From: Thiomicrorhabdus sp.
GTDB lineage: Bacteria > Pseudomonadota > Gammaproteobacteria > Thiomicrospirales > Thiomicrospiraceae
Reading direction: 5' to 3'
Length of the DNA stretch: 48,551 bases
Assembly (NCBI GenBank): GCA_027068835.1
Contig: JAMOLY010000035.1
Location: 1-48,551, forward strand
Below, piece by piece: positions 34,963 to 45,365 of the stretch. The translations under genes were made by a program, and so were the position numbers. Position 1 is the stretch's first letter. Every line of letters begins with the position of its first letter. Below the pieces are notes generated by a model, which saw only the letters and a program-made list of their open reading frames with translations, made no database searches and had not been told where the DNA came from.

Positions 34963-36390
34963 ATGCCAGTAGCTCCCCTTCAAAAAACAGCATCCACATT
35001 TATACTCGGAATTGATATGGGAACCTCAGGCATTCGAGGTGCCATTGTTGAAAAAGACGATTTACTCAATGATAAAATTTGGCACACAGAGTCCGTCTCT
35101 TTCAGTACCTTAGCCACCTCACACCTTACATCAAGCAATTACAATACAGCCTCTCAGTCTCCAAAAACATGGATAACACTGCTTGATATACTTTTAAAAA
35201 AACTCTCTCAGAGCTTTGATTTGATTAAAATTAACCATTTAATCATGGACGCAACATCCTCCACGGTACTGCTATGCTCTCCTCAAGGCAACGCGCTCAC
35301 CGATGCGCTCATGTACAACCATCAACAAGCCACACAAGAGGCAAAACAGATTCAAAACGCCAAAGGATTTGACGCTAAAACCACAGCACAAGGTGCATCC
35401 AGCACCCTTGCAAAAGTCCTGTTTTTACTAAAAAACAACTTAAAAAATAATTTTTCTTCCCCCCCTATCATCTGCCATCAAATTGATTTTTTAAACCATT
35501 ATCTATGCGACTGCCTCAATATTACCGATGAAAATAACGCACTCAAGCTGGGCTATAACTCTAACACTCAACAGTGGCCAAATTGGATTACACAATTGCT
35601 TACCCCCTTAACCCTGCCTAAAGTGGTTGCCCCAGGAACCGTGCTAGGAAACATCACCACTCAACGAGCAAGTCAATACGGATTCTCTCCCACACTCAAA
35701 ATTCATGCTGGCACCACTGACAGCATTGCAGGTTTTTTAGCATCGGGTGCATCTCAAGTGGGCGATACTGTGATCTCACTTGGCTCCACCCTTGCAATAA
35801 AAATGATTACCCCCTCCCCTCTATTTAATACTCAATACGGTATTTACAGCCACAAACTTAAAAATAACTGGCTCGTGGGTGGGGCATCAAACTCAGGTGG
35901 CGCAGTTTTATTAAATGCCTATACATTGCCTGAAATAGAGCATTTAATGAACAGCCTCAACGACCTAACTCAAAACGATCTTAAAGTGAGTAACCAATAC
36001 TACCCCCTTAACTCAATGGGAGAGCGTTTTCCCATTTCTGACCCTTTTTTTAAACCTAAAATGCCACCCAAGCCTAAGCAAGAGTTAATACTTAACCCTA
36101 CATCACTAACCGATCGTGCAATCCTTAACGCTCACCAAACCTACTTTTTAAATCTCATTAAAGGCTTGGTATACATCGAAGATTTAGCATATAAAAAACT
36201 ATTTCAAAAAACTCAACAAGCCATCAACAATTTATACTGCGTAGGAGGGGGAGATAAAAATTTACTTTGGCAACAGTGCCGAACAGCACACTTTAGCAAC
36301 GCCAAAACATTTGACTTTCCCCTCCCCACCTTAAAACAGGCACACTCCCTAGATGCCGCTTACGGTGTTACCAAACTTATAAACTTTTAA
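34963..36390 (+). CDS. FGGY-family carbohydrate kinase (D-ribulokinase/XK-1-like)
   Basis: GIDMGTSGIR, DATSST, GTTDSIA, SLGSTL, GGASNSGG, YYPL...GERFP, VGGG. Confidence 0.85.
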   Translation: MPVAPLQKTASTFILGIDMGTSGIRGAIVEKDDLLNDKIWHTESVSFSTLATSHLTSSNYNTASQSPKTWITLLDILLKKLSQSFDLIKINHLIMDATSSTVLLCSPQGNALTDALMYNHQQATQEAKQIQNAKGFDAKTTAQGASSTLAKVLFLLKNNLKNNFSSPPIICHQIDFLNHYLCDCLNITDENNALKLGYNSNTQQWPNWITQLLTPLTLPKVVAPGTVLGNITTQRASQYGFSPTLKIHAGTTDSIAGFLASGASQVGDTVISLGSTLAIKMITPSPLFNTQYGIYSHKLKNNWLVGGASNSGGAVLLNAYTLPEIEHLMNSLNDLTQNDLKVSNQYYPLNSMGERFPISDPFFKPKMPPKPKQELILNPTSLTDRAILNAHQTYFLNLIKGLVYIEDLAYKKLFQKTQQAINNLYCVGGGDKNLLWQQCRTAHFSNAKTFDFPLPTLKQAHSLDAAYGVTKLINF

Positions 36391-36403
36391 AAAAGGAAAA
36401 TAG

Positions 36404-36769
36404 ATGACTCATGAAAACCCAGTAGACCAGCTTATTCAACAACTCAACCAAACACCCGTTGATTTTAAAAAAGTCATGGAAGTGATTGAAAACGGTTATG
36501 ATTTTAGCCCAACCGAGTTTAAAAATGGCAAGCTAACCAATACAGAAAACAGCAATAACGGCTCTTGCAAAATATTTGCCTTTGGGCAACTCAATCAACT
36601 GTCTGAACAAGCGACACTGAATGCCTTTGGTGAGTTTTACACAAAAGACGTATTAGAAAACCCCAATGGAGACGATCATCAAAACATTCGTAACTTCATG
36701 CAATTTGGCTGGCAAGGCATTACGTTTAAAAAATCTGCGTTAACAAAATCAGAACCAATAAATGAATAA
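36404..36769 (+). CDS. HopJ-family protein
   Basis: F.PTEFKNG, NNGSCKIFAF, FGEFY..DVLENPNGDDHQNIRNFMQFGW. Confidence 0.88.
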   Translation: MTHENPVDQLIQQLNQTPVDFKKVMEVIENGYDFSPTEFKNGKLTNTENSNNGSCKIFAFGQLNQLSEQATLNAFGEFYTKDVLENPNGDDHQNIRNFMQFGWQGITFKKSALTKSEPINE

Positions 36770-36849
36770 CATTAGAAAAAAAAAGGGGGGGGGGGAATTT
36801 TTTTAAACTAAACCGTGTATAAAAGATCGCTCTCGACAAAAATACTAAA

Positions 36850-36910
36850 AATAAAAAAGCCCACGATCAAAAGAGGCATTAATACTCTTTTAGTCGCGGG
36901 CTTTTTTATT
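36850..36910. terminator. long bidirectional terminator between convergent HopJ and mcdB
   Basis: 26-nt arms AATAAAAAAGCCCACGATCAAAAGAG / CTCTTTTAGTCGCGGGCTTTTTTATT with 3 mismatches. Confidence 0.8.
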
Positions 36911-36928
36911 AAAATACGAGCCTAGTCT

Positions 36929-37165
36929 CTAGTCTGGCCAAACACGCTCTGAAGAAGCGATTGGCTCTACTTTATTCGATGTAGTAGTAGCCACTGCTTT
37001 TGTTTTTTTAGCAGCAGGCGTTGTTACAGGCTTATCCGCTGCCTTTTTATTGGTGGTCGTCTTTTTTGCTACTGGCTTATTGGCTGTGGTTTTTTGAGTT
37101 TTGGCACGACGTAAACTTTGCGTCAATTTTGAATCTGTTTGGGTGGTACTTTTCGAATTAGTCAT
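36929..37165 (-). CDS. mcdB: McdB-like alpha-carboxysome adaptor (disordered, C-terminal RVWPD)
   Basis: 78 aa, K/T/A-rich low complexity, short N-terminal helix (SKLTQSLRRAK), ends ERVWPD; overlaps the parA-like stop. Confidence 0.75.
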   Translation of the reverse strand: MTNSKSTTQTDSKLTQSLRRAKTQKTTANKPVAKKTTTNKKAADKPVTTPAAKKTKAVATTTSNKVEPIASSERVWPD

Positions 37166-37794
37166 AAAACTTCCTTAATAATTTCATCAATTTCTTGGGC
37201 AGCTGCCTCGCCACGTTTACCCATACAATAAACACTGGCTCCCTCTACGGCTGCATTACGATAAATCGCTCGGCGACGAATGCCTTCTTTCAACGATGGA
37301 ATATCAAACTCTTCTAACGCTTGCTTCATCGCCTTTGAAAGCGCACTTCGAGGTTCAAGCTGGTTCACAACAATGTAAGGCTTTAACTTACGGTTATGTA
37401 TTTTGGCTTGTTCGATCGCATCCGTCAAACGAATACTTGCCCACAAGTCAACCGGAGAAGGCAATACTGGAATAAGAATCACATCCGATATCTTCATCGC
37501 CAACGACATCGTATCCGTTTCTAACGTGGGCGGGCAATCAATTACCAAAAAATCATAATCTTGACTAAACCGAGTCGCCTCACGAGCCAAATTACCCCCT
37601 ATCGAAATCACTGACACAGGAAACGGTCGATGATCGGGAGATAAACAACTCCACTGACCTGCGGAACCTTGAGGGTCGGCATCAATCACCAGCACCTTAC
37701 CGTGCCGAGACAAGCCCGCGGCAAAGTTCATACTCAGCGTTGTTTTACCTGTACCACCCTTCTGATTCGCAATTGAAAAAATACGTGCTGACAT
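37162..37794 (-). CDS. mcdA: ParA-family ATPase, McdA-like
   Basis: Deviant Walker A KGGTGKTT, DADPQGS, IDCPP; 210 aa; partner is McdB-like rather than ParB. Confidence 0.75.
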   Translation of the reverse strand: MSARIFSIANQKGGTGKTTLSMNFAAGLSRHGKVLVIDADPQGSAGQWSCLSPDHRPFPVSVISIGGNLAREATRFSQDYDFLVIDCPPTLETDTMSLAMKISDVILIPVLPSPVDLWASIRLTDAIEQAKIHNRKLKPYIVVNQLEPRSALSKAMKQALEEFDIPSLKEGIRRRAIYRNAAVEGASVYCMGKRGEAAAQEIDEIIKEVL

Positions 37795-37933
37795 AAAAAA
37801 AGTCCAATAATGTTAAATTAAAACCAAATGTGTTCATTTGAACCGTAAATAATACCCTAATTTCCAGATAGAAGCACCTATCTACCCAAATCCTCAGATA
37901 GAAATATCACGGCTTTCGCGCTCGGGTAGCCTC

Positions 37934-38197
37934 CTAAATCATATTACCCATATGATCGTTCCAGAAACTACCAAAAATTAAGCTAAAGAAAAGCCCTGTT
38001 CCGCAAACCACATACCAATAACGACGTTTTTTAATGTCCTCTTCGGTTTCATTTTCGGCTCGGTCTTTAAAAAACACAAGCAACAAAGCGATCGCGCCTA
38101 TAAAACCTGCCACATTTGCAAGGTGATGGATTCCCGACAACATTGAGGAAACGCCTAACGCTAGAATGATCGTATAAGTAATGAGTAGTGTTCGCAT
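37934..38197 (-). CDS. small hypothetical membrane protein (about 3 TM)
   Basis: 87 aa, three hydrophobic stretches, AAGGA RBS. Confidence 0.75.
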   Translation of the reverse strand: MRTLLITYTIILALGVSSMLSGIHHLANVAGFIGAIALLLVFFKDRAENETEEDIKKRRYWYVVCGTGLFFSLIFGSFWNDHMGNMI

Positions 38198-38429
38198 AAT
38201 CTAGTACTTTCCTTAAAATCAAATTTGGTTTTGCTTATTGTATGGAATTAAAAAAACATTACCTATTTTTTTTGGCTATTCTCATGAAATCTATTGATAA
38301 TATAATATCTGTACCGTCTCCGTACTGTTTGAGTGTTGTATAATCTTGTGCTTAAATGGCGGGATTAGTTTTAGCACTTAAGAGTGAGACCTACTTGACT
38401 GCTCGTTACAATTAATTAAGGAATTTGAT

Positions 38430-39596
38430 ATGGGATTTTTCAGTAATTTATTTTGTTCCAAACCAAGCAATGATGTACAACACAAAATTGAACAGATCAT
38501 CAGTGGTTATAACAACCCACTTGATGACACGCTTGAAGACATCAGCAAAGACACAAACGATGCCAGTAGCCCTAGTTTTTTATCCGCTAAATCACTCTCT
38601 GATCTAACACTTAAAAGAAAAAACTTAACGTTTACACTGGCTCTGCCCTACCCATGTAAAAGTTTATGGCCAAGCATTGAACAGTCGTTAGCGCATGAAC
38701 TCACGCAACTGGAAGCGATTCAATCAGTCTCTATTGCCTTTAAAACCGTTATTGTAGCCCATGATGCACAAAAAGACATCTCCCCCCTACCGGAAATTAA
38801 AAACATCATTGCCATCGCATCAGGAAAAGGGGGGGTTGGTAAATCAACCACCAGCGTAAACCTAGCACTTGCCTTACAACAAGAGGGCGCAAAGGTTGGT
38901 ATTTTAGACGCAGACATTTATGGCCCCAGCATTCCAAATATGTTAAACATTACAGGAAAACCAGACTCTCAAGATGGAAAAAGTATGCAGCCTCTGTCTG
39001 CTTATGGATTACAAGTAATGTCAATCGGAGTATTGATTGAAGAGGACTCGCCCATGATTTGGCGTGGCCCCATTGTCACGCAAACCTTAACGCAACTGCT
39101 TAAAGAGACACAATGGAAAGAGTTGGATTATCTAATTATTGACCTCCCCCCAGGCACAGGCGATGTTCAGCTTACCCTGTCGCAACAAATTCCTGTCACG
39201 GGCGCTGTGATCGTGACTACGCCGCAACCCATCTCGCTCATTGATGCCAAAAAAGGCTTAAAAATGTTTGAAAAAGTCGAGATACCTATTTTGGGTATTA
39301 TTGAAAACATGGCCACCCACATTTGCAGCCAGTGCAACCATGAAGAAGCGATTTTTGGTGCCAACGGTGGGCAAGAGATGGCCAAGCAATATTCGGTTGA
39401 TTTTTTAGGAAGTTTGCCGCTAGACAAGCGTATTCGAGAAGATGTAGACCAAGGACAACCCACCGTAACCGCACAACCTGACAGTGAAGTGGCGCAAAAA
39501 TACCGCCATATGGCGCATCAAATTAGCTATAAGATTGGAACACAAAAACGCAACTACGCCAATGTATTTCCAAAAATTGAAGTGTTAAACAGTTAA
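38430..39596 (+). CDS. apbC: iron-sulfur cluster carrier ApbC/Mrp
   Basis: ASGKGGVGKST, DADIYGPS, WRGP, DLPPGTGD, ENMATHICSQC. Confidence 0.95.
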   Translation: MGFFSNLFCSKPSNDVQHKIEQIISGYNNPLDDTLEDISKDTNDASSPSFLSAKSLSDLTLKRKNLTFTLALPYPCKSLWPSIEQSLAHELTQLEAIQSVSIAFKTVIVAHDAQKDISPLPEIKNIIAIASGKGGVGKSTTSVNLALALQQEGAKVGILDADIYGPSIPNMLNITGKPDSQDGKSMQPLSAYGLQVMSIGVLIEEDSPMIWRGPIVTQTLTQLLKETQWKELDYLIIDLPPGTGDVQLTLSQQIPVTGAVIVTTPQPISLIDAKKGLKMFEKVEIPILGIIENMATHICSQCNHEEAIFGANGGQEMAKQYSVDFLGSLPLDKRIREDVDQGQPTVTAQPDSEVAQKYRHMAHQISYKIGTQKRNYANVFPKIEVLNS

Positions 39597-39651
39597 AATT
39601 CAGATTTAAAACAAGTCATGAGCCAAGAATAAAGCGTTAATAAAGTTAAGC

Positions 39652-39963
39652 TTACGCTTTAGGCTCAATCACAAACAGTTGATTAAATTGGGCAATCTCC
39701 AAAATACTTTGAACATCTTCTCCAACATTAATTAAGCGCACACGCGTTTTATCGCCTAACGTTTTCTCTCTTAGCAACAACAACATACCCAAAGCCGAAC
39801 TGTCCATATAGGTCGCCTTCTCTAAATCGACAATAAAAACATTTGAATCGGTTAAATATTTTTCGCAATTTTCTTTAAATTCCTCATAAGCACTGACATC
39901 AAAGCTTCCAGTAACAAAGATGGTCACTCCGCCATCTTCATTCACTACCGTTTTTATACCCAT
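39652..39963 (-). CDS. STAS domain protein (anti-sigma antagonist-like)
   Basis: IVDLEKATYMDSSALGMLL. Confidence 0.9.
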   Translation of the reverse strand: MGIKTVVNEDGGVTIFVTGSFDVSAYEEFKENCEKYLTDSNVFIVDLEKATYMDSSALGMLLLLREKTLGDKTRVRLINVGEDVQSILEIAQFNQLFVIEPKA

Positions 39964-40142
39964 AAAATTTTTGCCTGTCCTAAGAAATTTTTTATTGTCC
40001 GCTATCATAATGCAGTATGTAAACTATCTCAACCGAGAAATCATCCAATTAGACTTTTAATCCAATAAAGCTCAAAACTGAACCTTGAATATCGCTATAA
40101 TATTCGGTTATCTTTTAAAGGACAGGTTGGGAAAAAAATCAC

Positions 40143-42227
40143 ATGTCAGACTCTGCACAACACCCTAGAAAAATCCTCATTACTAGCGCTCTGCCTTACG
40201 CCAATGGTCCAATTCATTTAGGCCATTTAGTGGAATACATTCAAACCGATATTTGGTCACGTTTTCAAAAGATGCGTGGGCATACCTGTACCTATGTATG
40301 TGCCGATGACGCACATGGCACGCCCATTATGCTCCGTGCACAAGCCGAAGGCATTACACCAGAGGCCTTAATTGCCAAATCATCCGAAGATCATCAAACC
40401 GATTTTTCTGGTTTTAATGTACAGTTTGACCACTATGACAGCACAAACTCACCTGAAAACAAAGCCTTTGCAGAGCAAGTGTACCTTGCCTTAAAAGAGA
40501 AAGGCTTTATTTCTCGTAAAACCATCTCTCAATACTACGATCCCGAAAAGAAGATGTTTTTGCCCGATCGCTTTGTCAAAGGTACCTGTCCAAAATGTAA
40601 AACAGAGGATCAATATGGCGATAACTGTGAAGCCTGTGGCGCAACCTACAGCCCAACCGATTTAATAAACCCTAGCTCGGCGGTATCGGGCGCAACGCCC
40701 ATTGAAAAAGAGACCGATCACCTATTTTTTGAGTTAAATCAATTTGAAGAGATGCTTAAATCTTGGACACGAGAGGGGCATTTGCAAACGCAAATTGCCA
40801 ACAAATTGGACGAGTGGCTCGAAAGTGGCCTACGTGCATGGGATATCTCACGTGATGCCCCCTACTTTGGGTTTGAAATTCCGGGTGAAAAAGACAAATA
40901 TTTTTACGTTTGGTTGGACGCGCCCATTGGCTACATGTCCAGTTTTAAAAATTATTGCAGCCAATCTGGCTTAGATTTTGATGAATACTGGAAAGAGGAT
41001 TCTAGCACCGAACTGTATCACTTTATTGGCAAAGACATCATCAATTTTCACGCCCTATTTTGGCCAGCCATGCTCTCTGGCGCAGGGTTTAGAACGCCAA
41101 GTGCCATTTTTGCACACGGATTTTTAACCGTTGACGGCCAAAAAATGTCTAAATCTCGTGGCACTTTTATTATGGCCAAAACCTATTTAGAATTTTTAAA
41201 CCCCGAATACCTTCGATACTACTACGCCGCCAAGCTAACCAGTCGCATTGACGACATTGACCTTAACCTTGAAGACTTTGCACAACGCGTTAACTCCGAC
41301 CTTGTCGGAAAAGTGGTTAATATTGCCAGCCGTTGCGCGGGCTTTGTGGTTAAAAAGTTTGATGGCAAACTCAGTGCCGCTTGGTCACCCGAAGCCACCG
41401 CTTTATATCAAACTTTTATCGACAAATCTGAAGAGATTGCCGACCTTTATGAAAGCAGAGATTACGGTCACGCCATGCGTGAAATCATGGCATTGGCAGA
41501 TAAAGCCAATGAGTACATTGCCGAAACCGCCCCTTGGGTGCTCGCTAAAGAGGAAGGCAAAGAAGCACAACTGCACGAATCGGTTAGCCTAGGTATTAAC
41601 CTATTCCGCGTACTCATCAGCTACTTAACGCCCGTGCTTCCTGTCACTGCAGAGAGAGCCAATGCCTTTTTAAAGCTTGACAATGTACAGTGGAATGACA
41701 TTAAAAACCCACTGTTAGACCATAAAATTACTAAATTTAAACCACTATTAACCCGTTTAGAAATGACTGATATTCAAAAAATGGTTGAAGCCTCATCACA
41801 AACACTCAACACAACCAAAACGATTGTGGATGGAAAAAAAGGCGACTCAAACAAGAAAAAAACCAAAGCACCCAACACGTCTGCCTTCGAACCCATTGCC
41901 AAAGAGATTAGCATTGAAGACTTTGCAAAGATTGATCTACGCATTGCGAAAATCATCCACGCCGAAGCCGTGCCCGAAGCCAAAAAACTGCTTAAACTTA
42001 CTTTAGATATTGGCAATGAGCAACGTCAAGTGTTTGCAGGCATCAAATCAGCCTACGACCCTGAGCAATTAATTGGTAAACACACCGTGATGGTAGCCAA
42101 CTTAGCCCCCCGTAAAATGCGATTTGGGCTGTCCGAAGGGATGGTACTCGCCGCAGGTTCAGGAGGCAGTGATCTTTATATATTATCGCCCGATGAAGGG
42201 GCAACGCCAGGAATGCGAGTTAAATAA
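40143..42227 (+). CDS. metG: methionine--tRNA ligase
   Basis: [11 protein letters not shown], zinc knuckle, KMSKS, C-terminal tRNA-binding domain. Confidence 0.99.
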   Translation: MSDSAQHPRKILITSALPYANGPIHLGHLVEYIQTDIWSRFQKMRGHTCTYVCADDAHGTPIMLRAQAEGITPEALIAKSSEDHQTDFSGFNVQFDHYDSTNSPENKAFAEQVYLALKEKGFISRKTISQYYDPEKKMFLPDRFVKGTCPKCKTEDQYGDNCEACGATYSPTDLINPSSAVSGATPIEKETDHLFFELNQFEEMLKSWTREGHLQTQIANKLDEWLESGLRAWDISRDAPYFGFEIPGEKDKYFYVWLDAPIGYMSSFKNYCSQSGLDFDEYWKEDSSTELYHFIGKDIINFHALFWPAMLSGAGFRTPSAIFAHGFLTVDGQKMSKSRGTFIMAKTYLEFLNPEYLRYYYAAKLTSRIDDIDLNLEDFAQRVNSDLVGKVVNIASRCAGFVVKKFDGKLSAAWSPEATALYQTFIDKSEEIADLYESRDYGHAMREIMALADKANEYIAETAPWVLAKEEGKEAQLHESVSLGINLFRVLISYLTPVLPVTAERANAFLKLDNVQWNDIKNPLLDHKITKFKPLLTRLEMTDIQKMVEASSQTLNTTKTIVDGKKGDSNKKKTKAPNTSAFEPIAKEISIEDFAKIDLRIAKIIHAEAVPEAKKLLKLTLDIGNEQRQVFAGIKSAYDPEQLIGKHTVMVANLAPRKMRFGLSEGMVLAAGSGGSDLYILSPDEGATPGMRVK

Positions 42228-42266
42228 CACCTTTCAATCTACGTTGTAGTAAGGATACCGCCCATC

Positions 42267-42845
42267 ATGCAAGAGTACGTTTTAATTTTAATCAGTACCG
42301 TACTGGTTAACAATTTCGTATTGGTTAAGTTTTTAGGACTTTGCCCCTTTATGGGTGTGTCTAAAAAAACCGATGCTGCACTGGGCATGGGCTTGGCAAC
42401 TACCTTTGTGTTAACCCTGTCCTCGGTATTAAGTTACATCATTTTCAACTATCTACTGCAACCTTTTGGACTGGAATATCTGCAAACCATCGCCTTTATT
42501 CTTGCTATTGCGGCGGTAGTAGGCTTTACTGAGATGGCCGTTCATAAAACCAGCCCTACGCTGTATCAAGTATTGGGCATTTACCTCCCCCTAATTACCA
42601 CCAACTGTGCGGTACTAGGGGTGGCGTTGTTAAATGTTACAGAGAACAACAACTTTTTAGAGTCAGCGTTTTTTGGTTTTGGTGCCGCCGTTGGCTTTAC
42701 CTTAGTGATGGTACTATTTGCCTCATTGCGAGAGCGCATTGATGCCTCCGATGTGCCCGCCCCTTTTAAAGGCGCACCCATCGCATTAATTACCGCAGGG
42801 TTGATGTCTATGGCCTTTATGGGATTTGGAGGAATGGTTCATTAG
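42267..42845 (+). CDS. rnfA: Rnf/Rsx complex subunit A
   Basis: [31 protein letters not shown]. Confidence 0.96.
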   Translation: MQEYVLILISTVLVNNFVLVKFLGLCPFMGVSKKTDAALGMGLATTFVLTLSSVLSYIIFNYLLQPFGLEYLQTIAFILAIAAVVGFTEMAVHKTSPTLYQVLGIYLPLITTNCAVLGVALLNVTENNNFLESAFFGFGAAVGFTLVMVLFASLRERIDASDVPAPFKGAPIALITAGLMSMAFMGFGGMVH

Positions 42846-43401
42846 TATTACCGCCGCCATTCTTATTTTTGTTGGGCTTGCCATCGTATTTGGCTTATTA
42901 CTCGGATATGCCGCCGTTCGCTTTAAAGTGGAAGGCAACCCGATGGCTGAACAGATTGATAAAATTTTGCCTCAAACCCAATGTGGTCAGTGTACCTTCC
43001 CCGGTTGCAAACCTTACGCCGAAGCACTCGCCAAAGGTGAAACCGAAGTTAACCTCTGTATCCCTGGTGGCACCGATACGATGATACTCATCTCTGAAAT
43101 AACAGGGCTTGAACCTAAAGAGGTGGAAGTCACCGAAGCCGAGCATAAACCCAAAGAGACCGCTTTTATTGATGAAGACGTTTGCATTGGCTGTGTTTTG
43201 TGCATTAAAGCCTGCCCCGTTGATGCCATTTTAGGCGCGACCAAGCTCATGCACACCGTCATTCAATCCGAGTGTACTGGGTGTGATAAATGCGCTCCCG
43301 TCTGCCCTGTAGACTGTATTGATATGCGCGCCCCACCAGTCTCCCTTGAAAACTGGCAGTGGCCGGAACCCACAATAAAATCAGAAGGAGAGGCAAAATG
43401 A
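42826..43401 (+). CDS. rnfB: Rnf/Rsx complex subunit B
   Basis: [13 protein letters not shown] and two CxxCxxCxxxCP motifs. Start uncertain. Confidence 0.95.
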   Translation: MEEWFISITAAILIFVGLAIVFGLLLGYAAVRFKVEGNPMAEQIDKILPQTQCGQCTFPGCKPYAEALAKGETEVNLCIPGGTDTMILISEITGLEPKEVEVTEAEHKPKETAFIDEDVCIGCVLCIKACPVDAILGATKLMHTVIQSECTGCDKCAPVCPVDCIDMRAPPVSLENWQWPEPTIKSEGEAK

Positions 43402-45365
43402 GTTCGATATTTATGCAAGCGTTCGTTCGCCCCCTCTCCATTATCTACCCCATGGCAAAACGTTGGTTACACCGTTTTCATGGTGGAGTGTTTCCTAAAA
43501 CGTACAAATCACTCTCTTTAAAACACCCAATTCGATCCACAGTCATTCCAGAGAAGTTAATTTTGCCCGTTAAACAACTCACAGGGCAAAAAATAGCATG
43601 GCACGTCGCCATTGGCGATACAGTACAAAAAAACCAATGCTTAATCAGTGCGGCAAAAGAGAATAAAAAAGGCATTATTGTCCCGATTCACGCCCCCACA
43701 TCGGGGGTAATTCACGCCATTGAAATGATGTCTTTGCCGCATCCGTCTGGGTTAAGTGCCTTGTCAATTATTATCAAACCCGATTTGAAAGACACCGCAC
43801 TTAACAATGTACTTAATGTCAGTGGAAAAGTTCCCGAAACCCCGCAACAGCTTAAGGACATTTTGCTTAATGCAGGCATTGTCGGATTAGGTGGCGCAGG
43901 GTTTCCAACCTTTGCCAAACTGCCCAATCAAACAGGCATAATTAACACCCTCATTATTAACGGAGCCGAGTGCGAACCTTTTATTACCTGCGATAATTTA
44001 TTGATGCAAACACAAGCACAAGATATTCTAAACGGCGCAATCATGGTAGCTCAAACACTGGGCATACCGTCCATTATTTGTGGTATTGAAGAAAACAAAC
44101 CCACCGCGATTCAAGCGATGAATGCCGCAGCGGCAACCCTCTTAAAAAACACACCTAACCTTAGCATTACCATCCAAACCTTACCAGCCGTCTACCCCAT
44201 GGGGGGGGAAAAACAACTGATTAAAGAGCTAACGGGCATTGAAGTTCCCGCAAAAACACACGCCATTGACAGCGGATTGCTGGTTTTTAACGTTGCCACC
44301 TTTGCCGCTATTTTTAAAGCCATCACGCTTGGAGAGCCTCTCACACAACGTTTGGTGACCATTGCTGGCTTAGGCTTAAAACATTCTTACAATACCAACG
44401 CCCTGATTGGCACGCCTTTTCTCACCTTAGCCAAGGCGGGAGAGCCGATCCATCCCATACAAACCCCACTGATTATGGGCGGCCCCATGATGGGATTTCA
44501 AGTGGCCGACAATCAAGTGCCCGTCATTAAAACCACCAACTGCATTTTGGTGCAACCGCCCGAACCCGCCACAGAAACCATCGTCATGCCCTGCATTCGC
44601 TGTGGTGAGTGCATGGACGCTTGCCCCGTTAACTTACTCCCACAGCAGATGTTTTGGCACAGTCAAGCCCATGAGTTTGAAAAGGTTGAAAAACTCAATG
44701 TTTTTGACTGTATTGAGTGTGGCTGTTGCAGTTACGTCTGCCCCAGTCACATACCACTGGTGCAGTTTTACCGTCATGCCAAGTCTGAAATCAAACACAT
44801 TCATGCCGAACAACAAGCGGCCGAGTTAGCCAAACAGCGCCATGAATTTCGATTGGCGCGTATTGAGCGCGAAAAACAAGAACGTGAAGCACGTATTAAA
44901 GCGAAAAAAGCCGCTGTTAAAAAACAAGCCTCAGAAGCGGAAAAACCCAGTGGCGCATCTTCGGCCAAATCTGCCGCCATAAAAGCCGCCGCAGCACGAG
45001 CGGCCGCAAAACGCGCAACTCAGCAGGGTTCGGAACAAAATGTAAACGAAATTTCTCCCCCCCCCCTATCCGCACGCCAAAAAGCCATTGAAACGGCTAA
45101 AAAACAAGCGGCGGCTAAAGTAGGTTCTAAAGTTGCCCCCAATAAAGACCCCAGAACCTCAGCCAAGCAAGCGGCCAAAAAAGCCGCTGCCATGGCCGCG
45201 GCAAAACGCCGTACCCAAACAAACCACGAGAACAATTCCGACGCAACGTCCAAAATAGATTCAAAACAAGCGATGAATGATAAACGCAAACAAGCCATGG
45301 AAACCGCTAAAAAACGTGCCGCTGAACGAAAAGCGCGTAAAGCAGAACAGGAGCCCCCTAAATGA
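43398..45365 (+). CDS. rnfC: Rnf/Rsx complex subunit C
   Basis: FHGG, HAPTSG, GLGGAGFP, NGAECEP, CIRCGEC, CIECGCCSYVCPS, Ala/Lys-rich tail. Confidence 0.96.
   Translation: MSSIFMQAFVRPLSIIYPMAKRWLHRFHGGVFPKTYKSLSLKHPIRSTVIPEKLILPVKQLTGQKIAWHVAIGDTVQKNQCLISAAKENKKGIIVPIHAPTSGVIHAIEMMSLPHPSGLSALSIIIKPDLKDTALNNVLNVSGKVPETPQQLKDILLNAGIVGLGGAGFPTFAKLPNQTGIINTLIINGAECEPFITCDNLLMQTQAQDILNGAIMVAQTLGIPSIICGIEENKPTAIQAMNAAAATLLKNTPNLSITIQTLPAVYPMGGEKQLIKELTGIEVPAKTHAIDSGLLVFNVATFAAIFKAITLGEPLTQRLVTIAGLGLKHSYNTNALIGTPFLTLAKAGEPIHPIQTPLIMGGPMMGFQVADNQVPVIKTTNCILVQPPEPATETIVMPCIRCGECMDACPVNLLPQQMFWHSQAHEFEKVEKLNVFDCIECGCCSYVCPSHIPLVQFYRHAKSEIKHIHAEQQAAELAKQRHEFRLARIEREKQEREARIKAKKAAVKKQASEAEKPSGASSAKSAAIKAAAARAAAKRATQQGSEQNVNEISPPPLSARQKAIETAKKQAAAKVGSKVAPNKDPRTSAKQAAKKAAAMAAAKRRTQTNHENNSDATSKIDSKQAMNDKRKQAMETAKKRAAERKARKAEQEPPK

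Noticed and set aside
36404-36769. HopJ as evidence of a type III secretion or virulence locus
   Set aside because: HopJ-family proteins are widespread in non-pathogens and no secretion genes are nearby.
37162-37794. ParA as a plasmid/ICE or chromosomal partition gene
   Set aside because: No parB, parS, rep or integrase; the partner has the McdB-type WPD terminus.
38371-38400. TTAGCACT resembling a CIRCE half-site upstream of apbC
   Set aside because: The second half-site GAGTGCTAA is not present at 9-nt spacing.
44850-45365. Ala/Lys-rich repetitive C-terminal tail of RnfC
   Set aside because: A known feature of gammaproteobacterial RnfC/RsxC (DPRKAA-type repeats).
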